Below, one piece after another: positions 37,809-50,504 of a stretch of 64,000 bases of DNA; position 1 is the stretch's first letter, and the number at the start of each line of letters is the position of its first letter. Below the pieces are notes generated by a model, which was given only the letters and a program-made list of their open reading frames with translations, was not told where the DNA came from and made no database searches. The stretch covers positions 65,038,001-65,102,000 of the forward strand of contig CM060731.1 of the NCBI GenBank assembly GCA_030704615.1. The letters run 5' to 3'. The translations under genes were made by a program, and so were the position numbers. Origin of the DNA: Takakia lepidozioides (lineage: Eukaryota; Plantae; Bryophyta).

Positions 37809-40800
37809 TCACTCGAAGACAAGCATTGGAGGAAGCGGCTTCGGGCGCCCCTGCATCGTACGAATTTCCTGGACTTCCTCCTCTTCCTCTTCCTCGTCCC
37901 CTTCCACGTCCCCTTCCACGTCCTCTTCTGCGTTTTTGGGATCCTCAGTCGGAGGCAGACGCTGTAGGCCCGCCAAATTGAAATCGTACAAGGCCGTATC
38001 CCCCTCAAATGAGAACACAAATCGGTTGTACATCCTTCCAGCCCACATACAGGCACCTGCGAATTCATACGACACAACCACAACCAAAGTCAAGAATGAC
38101 TCACTGCCTCGCGCAAGCAAATATACACAATCGGAAACGGTGTCAATTTCGGTGCCGCAATCACTTAACGCTCTAACCTGTATTTGCAGTGACGTCGAGG
38201 ACCCTGCCTTCACCATCCGTACACGTTTCCATGAGCGTCTGGATGAATGCAGGACTCCTGGTCCTGCCATACCTCCAAGGCTTGCCCGACAAATCACAAA
38301 GCATGTCCTTCTCTCCCACATGGTTGAACATGACGTTATACTCCAGTGGATCAACTGTGGAATCAACAAGTCTGCCTGCTTGACGTAATTTGAATTTCGA
38401 ATGTTCCTTCACGAAGTAGAATGCCTAAAAGATAAGAGTCTGCAAAGAAGGAAATGAGAACGTGAGAGGTGGCCTACACGTACATGGGCAATTTTGGCGC
38501 AGAAATTGGCAGAGCAGAGGAGAACCGCAGCATACCTTCTGACCATCGTTGAGAAGACCCTGCGTGTTGATGCAAGTCCAGATTTTTTTCGGGATGGGTG
38601 TTGCACTTCTCCCCGTCCATACTTTGATATCATTCTCAGTGACTTCTCCATCGGCTGCTAGCACAACAACACAGCCGTCTTCGTCCAACATGTTGGCTGC
38701 GAACCCGAATGTGTGGCTCCAGTATCTTTCGTCGTACTTGTTCCACCAGGGTAGTGAGCCCAGCCCCAATATCTCCTGCCCATCCGGGATATCCACAAGG
38801 ATCATGTCGATGGAGGCTTTCACCGCCCTGCCCCCGACTGTGCTCTTTTTGTCGTGGCTCATCGCCACAAAATACTCCATCATCTTTGTGTAGCCAGGAG
38901 TGTCCTCCATATCATTGCCAGTGGCCTTCCTCTTCCCCTTCCCCTGGTGGGCCTCGATCGCCTTCCTCAATCTCATTTTCTCCAGCCTTTTGGTCAGAGC
39001 AGTTAGGAAATTTTCATTAACACACTCCACAATTGTGAGTGTTTTGAGGACTTCCCTGCCCGCAATATGCACCGCACGGTAGGGTCTGCCAGGTGCATCC
39101 TCGTATAGTGATCTCTTCGCAGCCGAACCCCCGGAGCGCTGGCCCTTGTGAATTTTCGGACGAGGTGTGGCCCCCTGGGTGTTATCCTGCTGGAAATCAT
39201 CGTTGGAATCCTCGTCATCTGGTTGACTATGTTGCTGCTTATTCTTCTTGGGTGTGGGGGTCTTCGTCTCTTGCCCCTGTTTGCGCGTTCTTTTCTTCCT
39301 GTCCTTGGGCTGCTCAGCTCCCTGCTTCTCCATCTGCTCCTTCGCCAACGCTGCCGCCCTGGCTGACTTTCTCAATGCTTTCAGCTTGGCTACCTCCTCT
39401 GCTTTCAGTCTTTCCGCGTCCTCTGGTTGGGGATCCGATTGCGCCTTCATAGCCCTGGCATTTGCTTCCTTCACCTCCAAGAGGTCAACGGTCCCACTTG
39501 GGAGATCCACGTACCAAGGATAGTCTACCAAATGCTCGGCATGCCACTCCTTCGCCATTACTTTTGTGTACATCGTACCACGACCTCCAGGTGTCCTCCA
39601 CGCCAGGACGAATGGTGGAACCCTTTGAATGGCTCCGGACGGAATGAGTGCAAAGTTTATGTACTTGCAATCACGAGGCAGTTCAACAAAAATCATTCTA
39701 CTGATGCATCATGCAAGAGGAAGTTCTCAATGCACAAGGTATTTCGGCACCAAAATACGCAGTGGACCGTGCCCCAATTACCCAGCACTTACATCTTGCA
39801 GAGGTATATTTCGGCGCCGCAATACCCACCGCTGCTTAGCTAATCATCAAAACTGCAAATAGGGGGATGCATTGGCAGCAGATTACCTGAACAGGATACG
39901 CATTGCCGCTTTGTCGGCACCCTCCTGCTCTTCAATGTATACGCTGCGTCTTGCCTTTGCAATTTCTCTGAAAAAGAGGTTTGCGAAGTGCCCTCGCCAG
40001 GACTGCATGTAGTTCTCCATTGTTTCTGGTTTCGTCCAGTCGATCTGTAACTTGAAAGTGGTGGTGTTGCAATCCAATTGCTCCTGGGCGTGGGTCAGTA
40101 CCTGCAGCAGTGCAGGTTTCCAAAACATTCATGAATTTGAAATTCCGATGATGTCCAACACACAGAAGAGGAGGAAATTATACACCAAGTCATCACATTG
40201 AGCCAGTCATTCATTTTGTCGCCTGTTGGCTCGATGCGAAAGTGGTACAACAGCTTCGTGTTTGTATGGCCGTTCCAGATTCGGAGCCACCTCGTCTGCA
40301 TGGCCTAACATCGGTCAGACATAAGAACTTCATCATGAGAATCGCGAGAAGACACAAAACAAGAACAAACACATGCTTACCTTCTCCGCCGGCTCAACAC
40401 GGGACACTACGATATGATGAAGTTTCTCCATGGACATTTCCGGTTTCATGGGTCTGGAGTAATGCAGTCCTATCTCCGTCATGAACTCGGCACCAAGACC
40501 AGGGTCAGCGATTGCAACTTGCTTAACAAGTTTGGACCTGTACTTGGTCCGTGATTGCCTCCCTGCCTGCACAATGTGACTCTCTATCGACGCGTCCGCC
40601 TTGTTGGGGGCATCATTCTCAAAGAACTACCTTTTGACATAGGCCAAGTCATCCCTGATGTTCGTCTGCATTCCCATACCCAGCGGATACAGTCAGGCCA
40701 CTGAGCCCTGCAACAAATAGCATTAAATCGGGAAATTTGAGATGAACCTCACTGAATAGAGGATCTCCACCATGGCGTCCCGTGTTGGTCGGTACCAGGT

Positions 40801-42300
40801 GCGATCCGCTTTCGCAAGGGACTTCCTGTACAGCTCGGGATCGAGGGATTTTTGGAAGTCCGTCAGCGGTGCTGTTCCCACTTCTTGCACTTTGTAGAGC
40901 GTATGTGTCAGATGAGTTTCCACGAAGGCCTTCTCTGTTACCCTGCCATGGAGAAAAAAAAAATGAACAACATGAAAATATGATAAAAAAAATAACCAGA
41001 TTTCGGCACAACAATCCAATTTCCAGTTCATAGAGTGCATGACAGTCAAGAACATTGTCTATTTCGGCGCCGCAATAGGCAGTACACAAGGATGTAGTTG
41101 TATACTTACAGATTTATATCCGCCATGGCACCCTTCAGCAGTCCTCTGTCCCTGACGTCCACCTTCACGACAATGCAGTCCACCATGTAATGCCAATTGA
41201 TATCTTGCGGATGCATTTCAGCAATGTACTCTGTCCAGGCAAGCATCCTGTGGTTCCCGTCCCAAACGAAGAACATCTTCCCTTCCATGTGTGCGAATGT
41301 GGGATTAGTCTTCAGAGAGGCTTCAAACTCGGCATTTACAATGTGTCAGTGGGGGCTCCAATTCTGAAGCTCCTCTGTAGTGGGGCCCCTTGTGACACCC
41401 TGGTCATTCTCAATGGAAACGTAGAATGCTGCCGACCCCCGTCTGTACCCCTCTCTGAAGTTGTGCTTCAGTCGATCAATGTCCCCTGGCAGTGCTTGCC
41501 TTACAACTGGAAGGCTAACCATGCGACACAAAGGAACTTTGAGGTTCTCCGGATACACCATGGAGCCCAAAACGCGGCCTATGTCTTACTTCTATCACCT
41601 CTCTCACTTCCCTCCCCTCTCACTAGCCTGTCTACTGTCCTGGAGGTTTTGCTCCTCCGCAAGCTCCAACAGGTTCTGATCGTCGTCAAGTTGCACCACG
41701 TTGTCGTCCTCTGCTTCTGTCAGCTCAATGGGCCGCCCTTCTACAGATCCGACTCCGACATCTCCAGCGGCCTCCACCGCATCCGTGTTTTTTGAAACTG
41801 CCTGCAAACCCAATATCTCCGCTTCCAGTCTCCCTAGTGGTTTTACTGGCGAAGCCATGGGCTCCTTCTGCTTCCTCGGCTTCCGGACTCTAGGTGGGCT
41901 TTTCTGAGGCGATATCTGAGGTGTTGAATGAGGAGTCACCTGCCTCGATGCACTTCCACCTTGCGAGCGCAGCACCCGAGCAGGAGTATCCAAAGTTGAA
42001 TGTGTTGCCTCGCCCCCCTGCGATCCCTCCCCAGCTTCCATATCAAACAAACAGGAAAACATGACACACTGCACGCAAAAAAAAAGGTGTAAAAGGAATA
42101 ATGCGTATGGAGTGCTTCACATCCACGAAGCACGAATCTCTCACGGGTGGGCGATCCGAGTCTCCGGATAACGAGGTCTGCATTTCCTGCATGAGACGGA
42201 GCTTAAGTCGTGTCGTCGGCGGCTTCCCAAAATCCCGCGTCCTCCTTCTCTTTGCCGGAGTCGCCTGACCTTCCACAAACTCTATGCTATCACTATGCTA
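37809..42300 (-). pseudogene. Multi-exon gene: ParB/Srx-like domain plus C-terminal beta-class N6A/N4C DNA methyltransferase-like domain
   Basis: FFVWDGNHR (41106-41288). IDMILVDIPDG (motif IV-like). Spliced FIQTLMETCTDGEGRVLDVTANTG|ACMWAGRMYNRFVFSFEGD (motifs X-I-II) via introns 38440-38535 and 38057-38177. In-frame TAG at 38425-38427. 5' boundary uncertain. Confidence 0.75.
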
Positions 42301-42549
42301 CATAAGGAGAGGAAACGCAGGAGAATGTCACTGCAGAAGGGCAAGGAGCGAGAGAGCAAAGCGGTGGAACATGCAACCACTGTGCACGAGCAGATGCGTA
42401 AGCAACCACGTCTCTAGAAGCGTTGCCACCGTCCACCACTTTCTGCCGTATAGGTGATGAAGAGATTGCGACCCCTAACACGTTCGCACGGATGAAGTCG
42501 ACTGGAACACGACGCGTGCCTGTTCAAGCCACCAGTATAAGACGCTTTA

Positions 42550-43910
42550 TCCGAATTGCGGCACCGAAATACTGTTCCGTTCACCGGATGTTGTTCCCGG
42601 AGCAGCCGACATTGAATGAAATATCCGCACATCATGAAACCCAACCGCCATGAAAATCCCGTGCCTATGACATTCAACAGTCAGGTCGGTACGTTTCATC
42701 AGCGGACGGATGAATTTTGGCGCCGCAATTCATCGCTTCTCCAGTCCTCATCCGTCATGAGCAAACCTGTTAGTCGGATATCGGAGCCGGAATTAATTCC
42801 GGGACACTGGAGACGGCTCCACTTGGGCACATTTCATCCATTTCGCCGCCGAAATTCATTAAGAATATCTCCGTCCGCGCGTAGACGGAAATCATCCATA
42901 TTTCGGCACCGAAATTCATCTAGCGCGAAAACTAAATCGGCACCATGCTACGCTTTGCCGCCATCATTGCCCCTCACGGTTGCTGTCCATGCCTGTTGGA
43001 CTTGCCATGTCTGGACAGTTAACTATAATTTTGGCGCCGGAATTATACTTTATGTGCGGCATCGTCCCATGCGAAAAATGACCGCTTAATGGATACTGTC
43101 AATTTCAAATGAAAACAATGGCTAAAATGCAATTAATTTTCCCCCAACATGAAAAAAATATCCCCTTTCGTCATTGGATAACGGCCTTTTGTAAGACATA
43201 AGGGGTTGAATGTGCCGATTTCTCCATTTAATGCAGAATATTCGTGTTATCTTCGTCGGAATGGGTTATTTCAAACGAATTTCGGAACATTACATCATCC
43301 AGAAGCAAGAAGTAAGTGTCGGGTTCGGATGAATTTCGGCGCCGAAATTCATCCATTTCATAGAGAAATTGTTGGAGGGAGGGCATTGGATGAATTTTGG
43401 CGCCGAAATCCAGCTCTCAAACCCTTAAAAGAAATTGGAGGGATGACTTCGGATGAATTTCGGCGCCGAAATCCATCCGCAGGACAGCAAAATTAGGGTC
43501 GGAAAATGAGAAGATGAATGAATTTCGGCGCCGAAATTCATCCCTACTGCCGATTCATGATTACTGTCATTCGGATGTCGGCACCGAAATCCGGACACGT
43601 GGTGAATCATGACTGTAATCACGAACACATTCATCCGTAATTCGGCGCCGAAATTCAACCCTTATGTGCAGAAACAATTTCATGAAGAACATGTTCATCC
43701 GAATTTCGGCACCGAAATCCATCCGTCGGGTGCTTGCTCAGTTTCATGAGGTGAACAAATGACGATTTCTGTCGCCGAAATTCATCCCCTGGCTTCCAAA
43801 TCTATTACATTACAGAGATGTTCATCTAGATTTCGGTGCCGAAATTCATGAGAAGACCTGATTTATTGTAGCCCAACTGGTGGTACATCACAATTCAGGC
43901 ACCAAATATC
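42550..43910. repeat. Phased palindrome array between the divergent genes, copy 2
   Basis: Centres at 43340, 43401, 43464, 43529, 43582, 43646, 43710, 43773, 43837, 43900. Perfect 28-bp palindrome at 43327-43354. Confidence 0.95.
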
Positions 43911-44096
43911 CGATGTGAACTTGTTGTGGTCGTCCGTATTTGTAACGTACGTTACACACCTTCATCCATATGTGCACTGATCACCCATTCTGTTGGATAC
44001 AGAATCCTCCAGAAAATGATTGTGGTATTATGTAGGACACACTCTTCTCATTGCAGGACTTCGCTGCGGAGCGTACCGAGAGGTTCCGTCTTCAAC

Positions 44097-47000
44097 ATGG
44101 ACTCCCGTATTTGGGTAAACGTGTACTTCCATCCTGATTCTCTGAAAGCTAAAATACCCTGCGACCAAGGATTTGCGATTGTCACTGAGCAATACTTGTG
44201 TGTGAAATTCGGGTTCCGCCCTGGAACGGTGTTTTTGGAAGAGGAGACGAAGGATGCTTATGGAAATTTTCTGGAAAGTGCCGTCATTCTGCATGCAGAT
44301 CTCGGAAAGGGCAAAGAGTGGCGGCTCCCAGCTTCTGAATCCATCCGGTACAGTGCAATTGGTGAAATCGTGCCTAAAGAGTTCCCACGCTGGAACTTGG
44401 TTGATCCTCCTTCCACAAGAGGGTCTGGCATGCAAGATGTGAAGTCTGCCATGAAGGATGTGGGCACCTCTTCACAAGCAGAGAAGCCCAAACATGTGAA
44501 AAGGGAAATCCAGGAAAACAGGGAAACAATCGTCCACGACTTATCCAGTGACGATGAAGACTGTATGGTCCTTCCATCGTATGTTTCGAAGTCGTCCGTC
44601 ACTAGGAGTGTTCAGAAGTCGGCAAACAATGAGCACACACCCTCCGACTCAACTTCCGTCCGCTCAGTAATCGACATATTGCGGAGGATGAAGACAACGG
44701 GTTCCCGCTCCAGTGACCTTCTTAGGCTTGATTACGACAAACTCCAATCCATTCTGTGGAAACTTTGCCTGATGTTGTGGATGGGAATGCTATCTACGAG
44801 TTCCCTCCAGTGCCGGCAGGCGCAGGCCCAGACGGCATGCTGGCAGGAATGAACAGGAAACATGACGGCCACCCTTGGTGCGTCACCAAAACTTCATCGT
44901 CCAACCTGGGTGATGGAGTTCGAGTGAGATATGTATTGTGTGCTGGGCATCTTAAATGTTTCTCGAGCACATGTTATCATTACACGAGCAAAGGCACCCG
45001 GAATGAGACTGAATGGATTGGCAATTCGTCGACCCCATTTTGGCCTCAAGGTAGAGTTCCTGCAGGGACGTTCAAGTGTGCCCATTGCAACGCAGCCCCT
45101 ATGTGTATGGCAGTGTGCAACGCCAAGCAGTACTACGTCGGGACCGTCGGCCCAGCGTGCACCAGAGCATGCATTCACACCGGAAAGCATGACCACCCCG
45201 TCGCCAGAGGCAATTGCAGAGTCGTTTTTCAACAAGCCCATGATATTATCAAGGAGGAGGTGAGGTTTAGGCCGGGAGCAAAACCAAAGCAGATACAGCT
45301 CGCATCCGCACATAGAATTGCAATTGGCAGAATAATGTCGGAGGACGGAAGCACAAGAGAGAAGCTGGGCGAGGGGGACATGAAGGAGCTGCTGGAAGCT
45401 GTCTCCCATGTGTGCAGCCCCAATGTCAGGAACCACATTGTCGGCTGCAAGAAACGAATCGGAAGAGGATCAGACATGCACTCCATCTTGGAAGTGAAGC
45501 GCACATGCGGCTACGACTTCATCCAGGGCAGCTTCTTTCCTGGTCAAGGCTCAGAGACGGACATGTGCTTCATGTTTAAGATGTCAACGTGCGGACCGGG
45601 GAGCGGTGTCGATTTGGTGAAGCGGATGACCAGTGGAGACCTCTCAAATCGCTGGGTCATGTTCGACCACATCAGACGAATTACCAACCACGATTGGGTG
45701 ACAATGGGGGCACATGTATACGACCCACATTGCAGAAAGTTGATGACCATTGCTATCTGCGAAATGAAAGGAGAAGACATAGATTCGGAGTTGCATATGT
45801 GGTGCGGAATTAATGAGCAAATGGCGAGAGCGAAGTTGCCCCCTCCCGATTTTAGGGGCTTCATGGCTGACAATGCCTAGGCGAACTGGGCTGCAGTGAG
45901 GAGGGTATATGGGGACGACCCAAAGACTCCAATGGAAGGTAAGGAGAGATCTTGCGGGTTCCACTTCATGCAGAGTTTGACGCAAAACACGAAAAGGTTC
46001 GTGGCGTCACGCCACCGGCATGATCATATCAGTATGTGCCTTGGGTGGAAAAATGTGAATTCCATCGACGAGGCGGAGACCGAGTTTGCAACCATACGCG
46101 CCTGGTGGGTGTCTTCAGGGGCAGTGGATGTGAAAGATCAGCCAGAACTGCAAACGTGGCTTGCGTGGTGGCACTATAGATTCCGCCAGTTTGGAGACTA
46201 CATGAGACAGGTAACACATTTCTGTACTTGACAATTGTTTTGTTTTGTGCTTGGACATTCTCCACAATGAGTGACATTTCTAATTTCCTTCAACAGGACA
46301 TGAGCTTGGAGGATGACACGGATATGCCGACGACGAACATGGCCGAATCGGTGCACTCTTCCTGGCGTGCTTCCTCTGCGGCACATCTCGTTGACATGTT
46401 GACAGCAACAACAGAAGATATTGTGAGGGCCATCATGCAACAATCTCGTTACTACCAGTTTCTGGGAGGAAAGCAATGGGGTATCGGACCAGACAGGCAA
46501 GAGATGCTGATGAGGGCGGCGCATCGTTCGACCGATCCCAAAAAATGGACTGCTGCATTGCGGGAAACAATAAGGTCAACGCCGTTACACAGTCGGGGGA
46601 ACTGCCTGGAGGGCAATGTCCGCAGCCGGCCGGTGAAGAGAAGAATTGAGGACATGCCCGGAGGCGACGGGGATTCATGGAGATCAGATATGAACATCCG
46701 CACTCAACCTCGGGGCGCAACGATGTTGCATCCCACACCTCCTCCCAGCAGGACTCGTACCCCCTCTCCTGCAACATCCATGGAATCGCTGCTAGACTCG
46801 GGACAGCATGCCGAGGATGAGCATGCTGCTCCTATTATCGTTACCCAATACAGCATTCCAATCGTAGAGCGAGATGTGTCGGCCTCGCAGTGGAGAATTG
46901 CACGGACCCGTCCGTCATTTCGTGGCAAATGTTGTGCTGTTCGTGTCGACACCAACCAGAGATGCAATGAGATGATTCGGAGGAGCCCGCAGGGCGGTGT

Positions 47001-47725
47001 GCCTGCCCCTTGCTTCACAGGGAGATTTGTGTGCGCAAAGTTTGTGGAGGCCACACTGACGGAGTTTTGGTTCTGCAGGCACGACATCATGTCGTGTGTG
47101 TTCGGCAAGCCCAAGTATGGTGTACAAGGCATGCCTGAACCACCTGCAGTCTGGCCTGTGGCAACTGGTACAGATCTTACCCTGGAGGAGGCAGACGCTC
47201 TAGGAAGTGCAGGGTTTCGACTGGTGGAGAGGACAGACGTTCCACAAAATCCAATTCCCAGTCGTCATCCTCCTCCCACGAGAAGCTCTTCGCCCCGCAT
47301 ACCGGTGGATGACCCCGCAGCTTGGCCCACCCATCGGTGGGGGAAATTGAAAAGACGGCGGCCACCAACAAAGGCAAACGACACCAGGATGGCCAACGCT
47401 CTTGCAATGCCCTGCATAGTGCAAGGTTGCAGGGATGTTCCTCACCCCGGGATGGGGCGCATATTTCAATTGTCAACAGCCGGGTCTGCTGCGCGCAGTG
47501 ATGTGTATGCAATCACGATTTCTCAGTACCCAGCTTGCAAATGTGAGGACTTCCTTGTTATGGAATCAAAGAATGCAGCATACGTCCCCGGCAAACACCT
47601 TTATTACTTTTTTTTTGAAGCGCATGAGTTGCATATCCGCAGTGGACGTCTTCATCCATGCTCCAACACTGAGTTTCAACAAGCTACACAAGGCCCTACG
47701 GCAGGATACAGATCGGACTGCTTGA
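44097..47725 (+). mobile_element. Mutator-like (MULE) transposase: GCM/WRKY-like zinc finger, DDE core with CxxH, SWIM
   Basis: CAGHLKC...CAHC...HTGKHDHP, then VMFDH, FMADNA..N...ERSCGFHF, TTNMAESVH, and the SWIM region CKCEDF...KHLYY. Phase-0 intron 46211-46296. Frameshifts at ~44755 and ~47610 (shared with copy 1). Stop at 45878-45880. Confidence 0.85.
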
Positions 47726-48413
47726 CATTCCACATTCGGGAAAGAGAAAGTGACAATTATATTACATTCATCTTCTTGCACCCTATTTTTTTGTGAGGAA
47801 TTATACACTTGGTGGTGCCGCACAGCCATGGCTCCAGGTGCATTTCGGTGCCGCAATACATGAGAATGTGGTTTTTGGCCGTGAATGGCCTGGGCATGTT
47901 TTTTTATTTATTTTGGTTATGTCTATAAATGGATCCGAGGAAAGCATACATTGTGTGGAGATACACGGGTATTGTGGCCTATTTCAGCGCCGTTATTGGT
48001 CTGTATACTGCATAGTGTTTCCTTGTTACTGCTCTTCATTCAATTTGTGGTGATTTTGCAGCCCATCCTGGCGTTTTCGTCCACCTTTATGAGAAGACTC
48101 CAATTTGCTACAAATACATTGTCAGTGTTCTGCAAATGTGATGCCTTTACAAGATTGCTAGTTCTGTGTCCCAGTGGGAAGGGTCCTACTGCACATTCCA
48201 GCATTTGCATACTGCACCTTGTGCAAACAGCAATCCATACGACAAAGGACACGTCCCAGCATACTGGCAGTGAATTGCAAAAAACCTTAACAGAAGATTA
48301 TCCAAGCATGTATATTCCCCATATGGCACAGGGAAGCTACTTGATTTCTGAATCAAAATGTATGTGCCATGAGTGTCGGCGAGTCGAAACATGTCTACTC
48401 TAGCATGCATGAC

Positions 48414-48845
48414 CTATGGTCCCCTCGCCCAAGAAGAAGGAACTCGAACTGGCCTCTCAAGGACCTCCTGAGTGACCGGGTGCCGATATTTGAACAAAAT
48501 GTCAGCGGTTTCTGTCGCCCGGTTAAAACTAACAAGGATGTCGTGTTTATCGATAGCGCCCCCTTTGTAGAAGGACATTTTCACAGTGGGCCCTGTGTTC
48601 CCCTCCTCCTCATCCTCATAACTGAAGAGAATGTCCTCACTTTCCGAGCCAGTCCGTCCACGCGTGAAGTTTTCACCTATGCACTCATCATACGTCCACA
48701 CGCAACAATTCCAGCGATACAGCAACGCTATGCATGATCTGTTCGGCTCCCACTCAAGCGGAAAGTCCAGGTCCATGATGCATAGGAACCACCTGCTCCC
48801 CAGCCGGGGTCCAGGAGAATTGTGCAATCCTGGAAGAAACTCCAT
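48414..48845 (-). CDS. Hypothetical 143-aa protein, copy 2
   Basis: Homolog of 17931-18362, three substitutions, frame intact. Confidence 0.35.
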   Translation of the reverse strand: MEFLPGLHNSPGPRLGSRWFLCIMDLDFPLEWEPNRSCIALLYRWNCCVWTYDECIGENFTRGRTGSESEDILFSYEDEEEGNTGPTVKMSFYKGGAIDKHDILVSFNRATETADILFKYRHPVTQEVLERPVRVPSSWARGP

Positions 48846-48907
48846 TGCTCTCAGCTGACAAGTCGAGGATCGTCCCTGTAAACATCTAGGAAGACAATGA
48901 TGTCGTA

Positions 48908-50179
48908 GGATTTTCCACAACAGATAATGGCATGTACCCTTTAGCTATGAACAAGACCAAATCCTCTATGAGTCATTGTTGACCAGAGTCATTGTTGACC
49001 AGGGTCCATTGGCTTTGTATGGGTTATGGCTACCAAAAAACTCCGTAATGGCCATAGGTGCCACTGCCTTCCTCTTCTTGCATTTCTGCCGACCACCTGC
49101 AACCTCATCTGAGGCTTTCTTTTGTTGTTTGTACCTCACTAGAGTTTCACCATGTTCATTAGCAATATGTTTTTTCATGCTCGTGATGCCATGTGAAGGA
49201 TTGTAGGAGACAACACCTTTCCGAGATTTGGTTCTACTGTTGTTGCTCGATGCTTCTCCCTCCGGGTAACACAAGATGCACCTCATGGTTTGTGTAGCTT
49301 GGACGTTCACGGCTGTGCCTGCATCGTTAAGTACAAAGAATGCCCAAGCAGGTGCAGTCCTATTATGAGGATGCCACAACTTCTGGTTCTTTTCAAGCTT
49401 CAGATATTGTACCATCCAAATTGCTTCTTGCTTGGCAGTAATGTTGTCATTCAATGCCTCGGTCCGTTGAGGCTCCTCCACCACGTCCGCCTCCTCTTGC
49501 AACAAGTCACTGGTGACACCTGTGATTGTCATTTCTTCCCTCTCCCTATCAGGCTCCTCAAAATCACAGCCAGGCAAACTAAAATCCATACTTCTATTTT
49601 GATTCCAACGAACCCTATCACATCTACTCACCACCAAACTAACAAGATGATTGCAACACACCTCGGCATGTTGGTTGGCTGCGAAAACAAGACACGCGAC
49701 GACTTGAGAGTGAATACTTGAAAGCAAGCAACAAACAAAAAACAACCCTAACCAATGCCTACATGGAAATGAAAGCTTGAGGATCCAACACGTACAAGAT
49801 ATGGGGCTCAATCAGGACAGATGCGGGAGCCACACAACATTGAAGAGGAGGAAGGGGTGACGGCCAGCAAAACACCAAAACATATTACGATTAATAATTA
49901 GTCGTCACAGCTCGAGCTTAAAAAACGAAGCAAATACCTAATCGACAACATATTCATACCAGATTCATACCAGGCAAGAGAGGAGGTTGGCTTGCAGGAA
50001 ACTGGTATGAATATCGGTATCCTGAATGTTATACCAGAATGGTATCTATGCATATCTTCCAAATATTTGTACGTGCGTATCCTGGTATCAGCATGGGTAT
50101 TGCCCAGCCATAGACCAGGCTGGTATGGTATCAAATACTAGTATTGATACCAGGCCTGACCAAGGCTTGTCTCACACTG
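48908..50179 (-). mobile_element. hAT 5' part with BED finger, copy 2
   Basis: Reverse complement of 16584-17868. ORF 48966-49811. Confidence 0.8.
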
Positions 50180-50504
50180 GTGTAGAGTAAGTCACACTGT
50201 CAGGACAAATAGATGTGTGAGAATGACAGGTGGCAAGTATTATGGATGATTTAATTGGATGAATGTTATTTTAATTTTGTCATTCGTATCCTGGATGAAT
50301 TCACCTGCAACGGACTTGAGCTTTTTTTGAATGAAGAACGTTGTCATTTTGAAGCAAGCACATCGTGATGTCCTGTCCTAGATTTTGCCCTCGCGCCCTC
50401 GCGCCATCGCCCTGACTCTTTGTCTCTCTCATTCTCTCCCTTTCTAGTCTTCCTGTCCCTCCGTCCCTCTCTGCTTGTTTCATCAAGCTTTTGTTTTCGC
50501 AGGG

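Noticed and set aside
37809-42300. Bacterial contamination or a prophage ParB-MTase operon
   Set aside because: The gene is interrupted by GT-AG introns and embedded in plant TEs and PPR genes.
36109-48907. MULE terminal inverted repeats and 9-bp TSD
   Set aside because: The sequences at the two junctions are not inverted repeats of each other. The ends appear lost or non-TIR.
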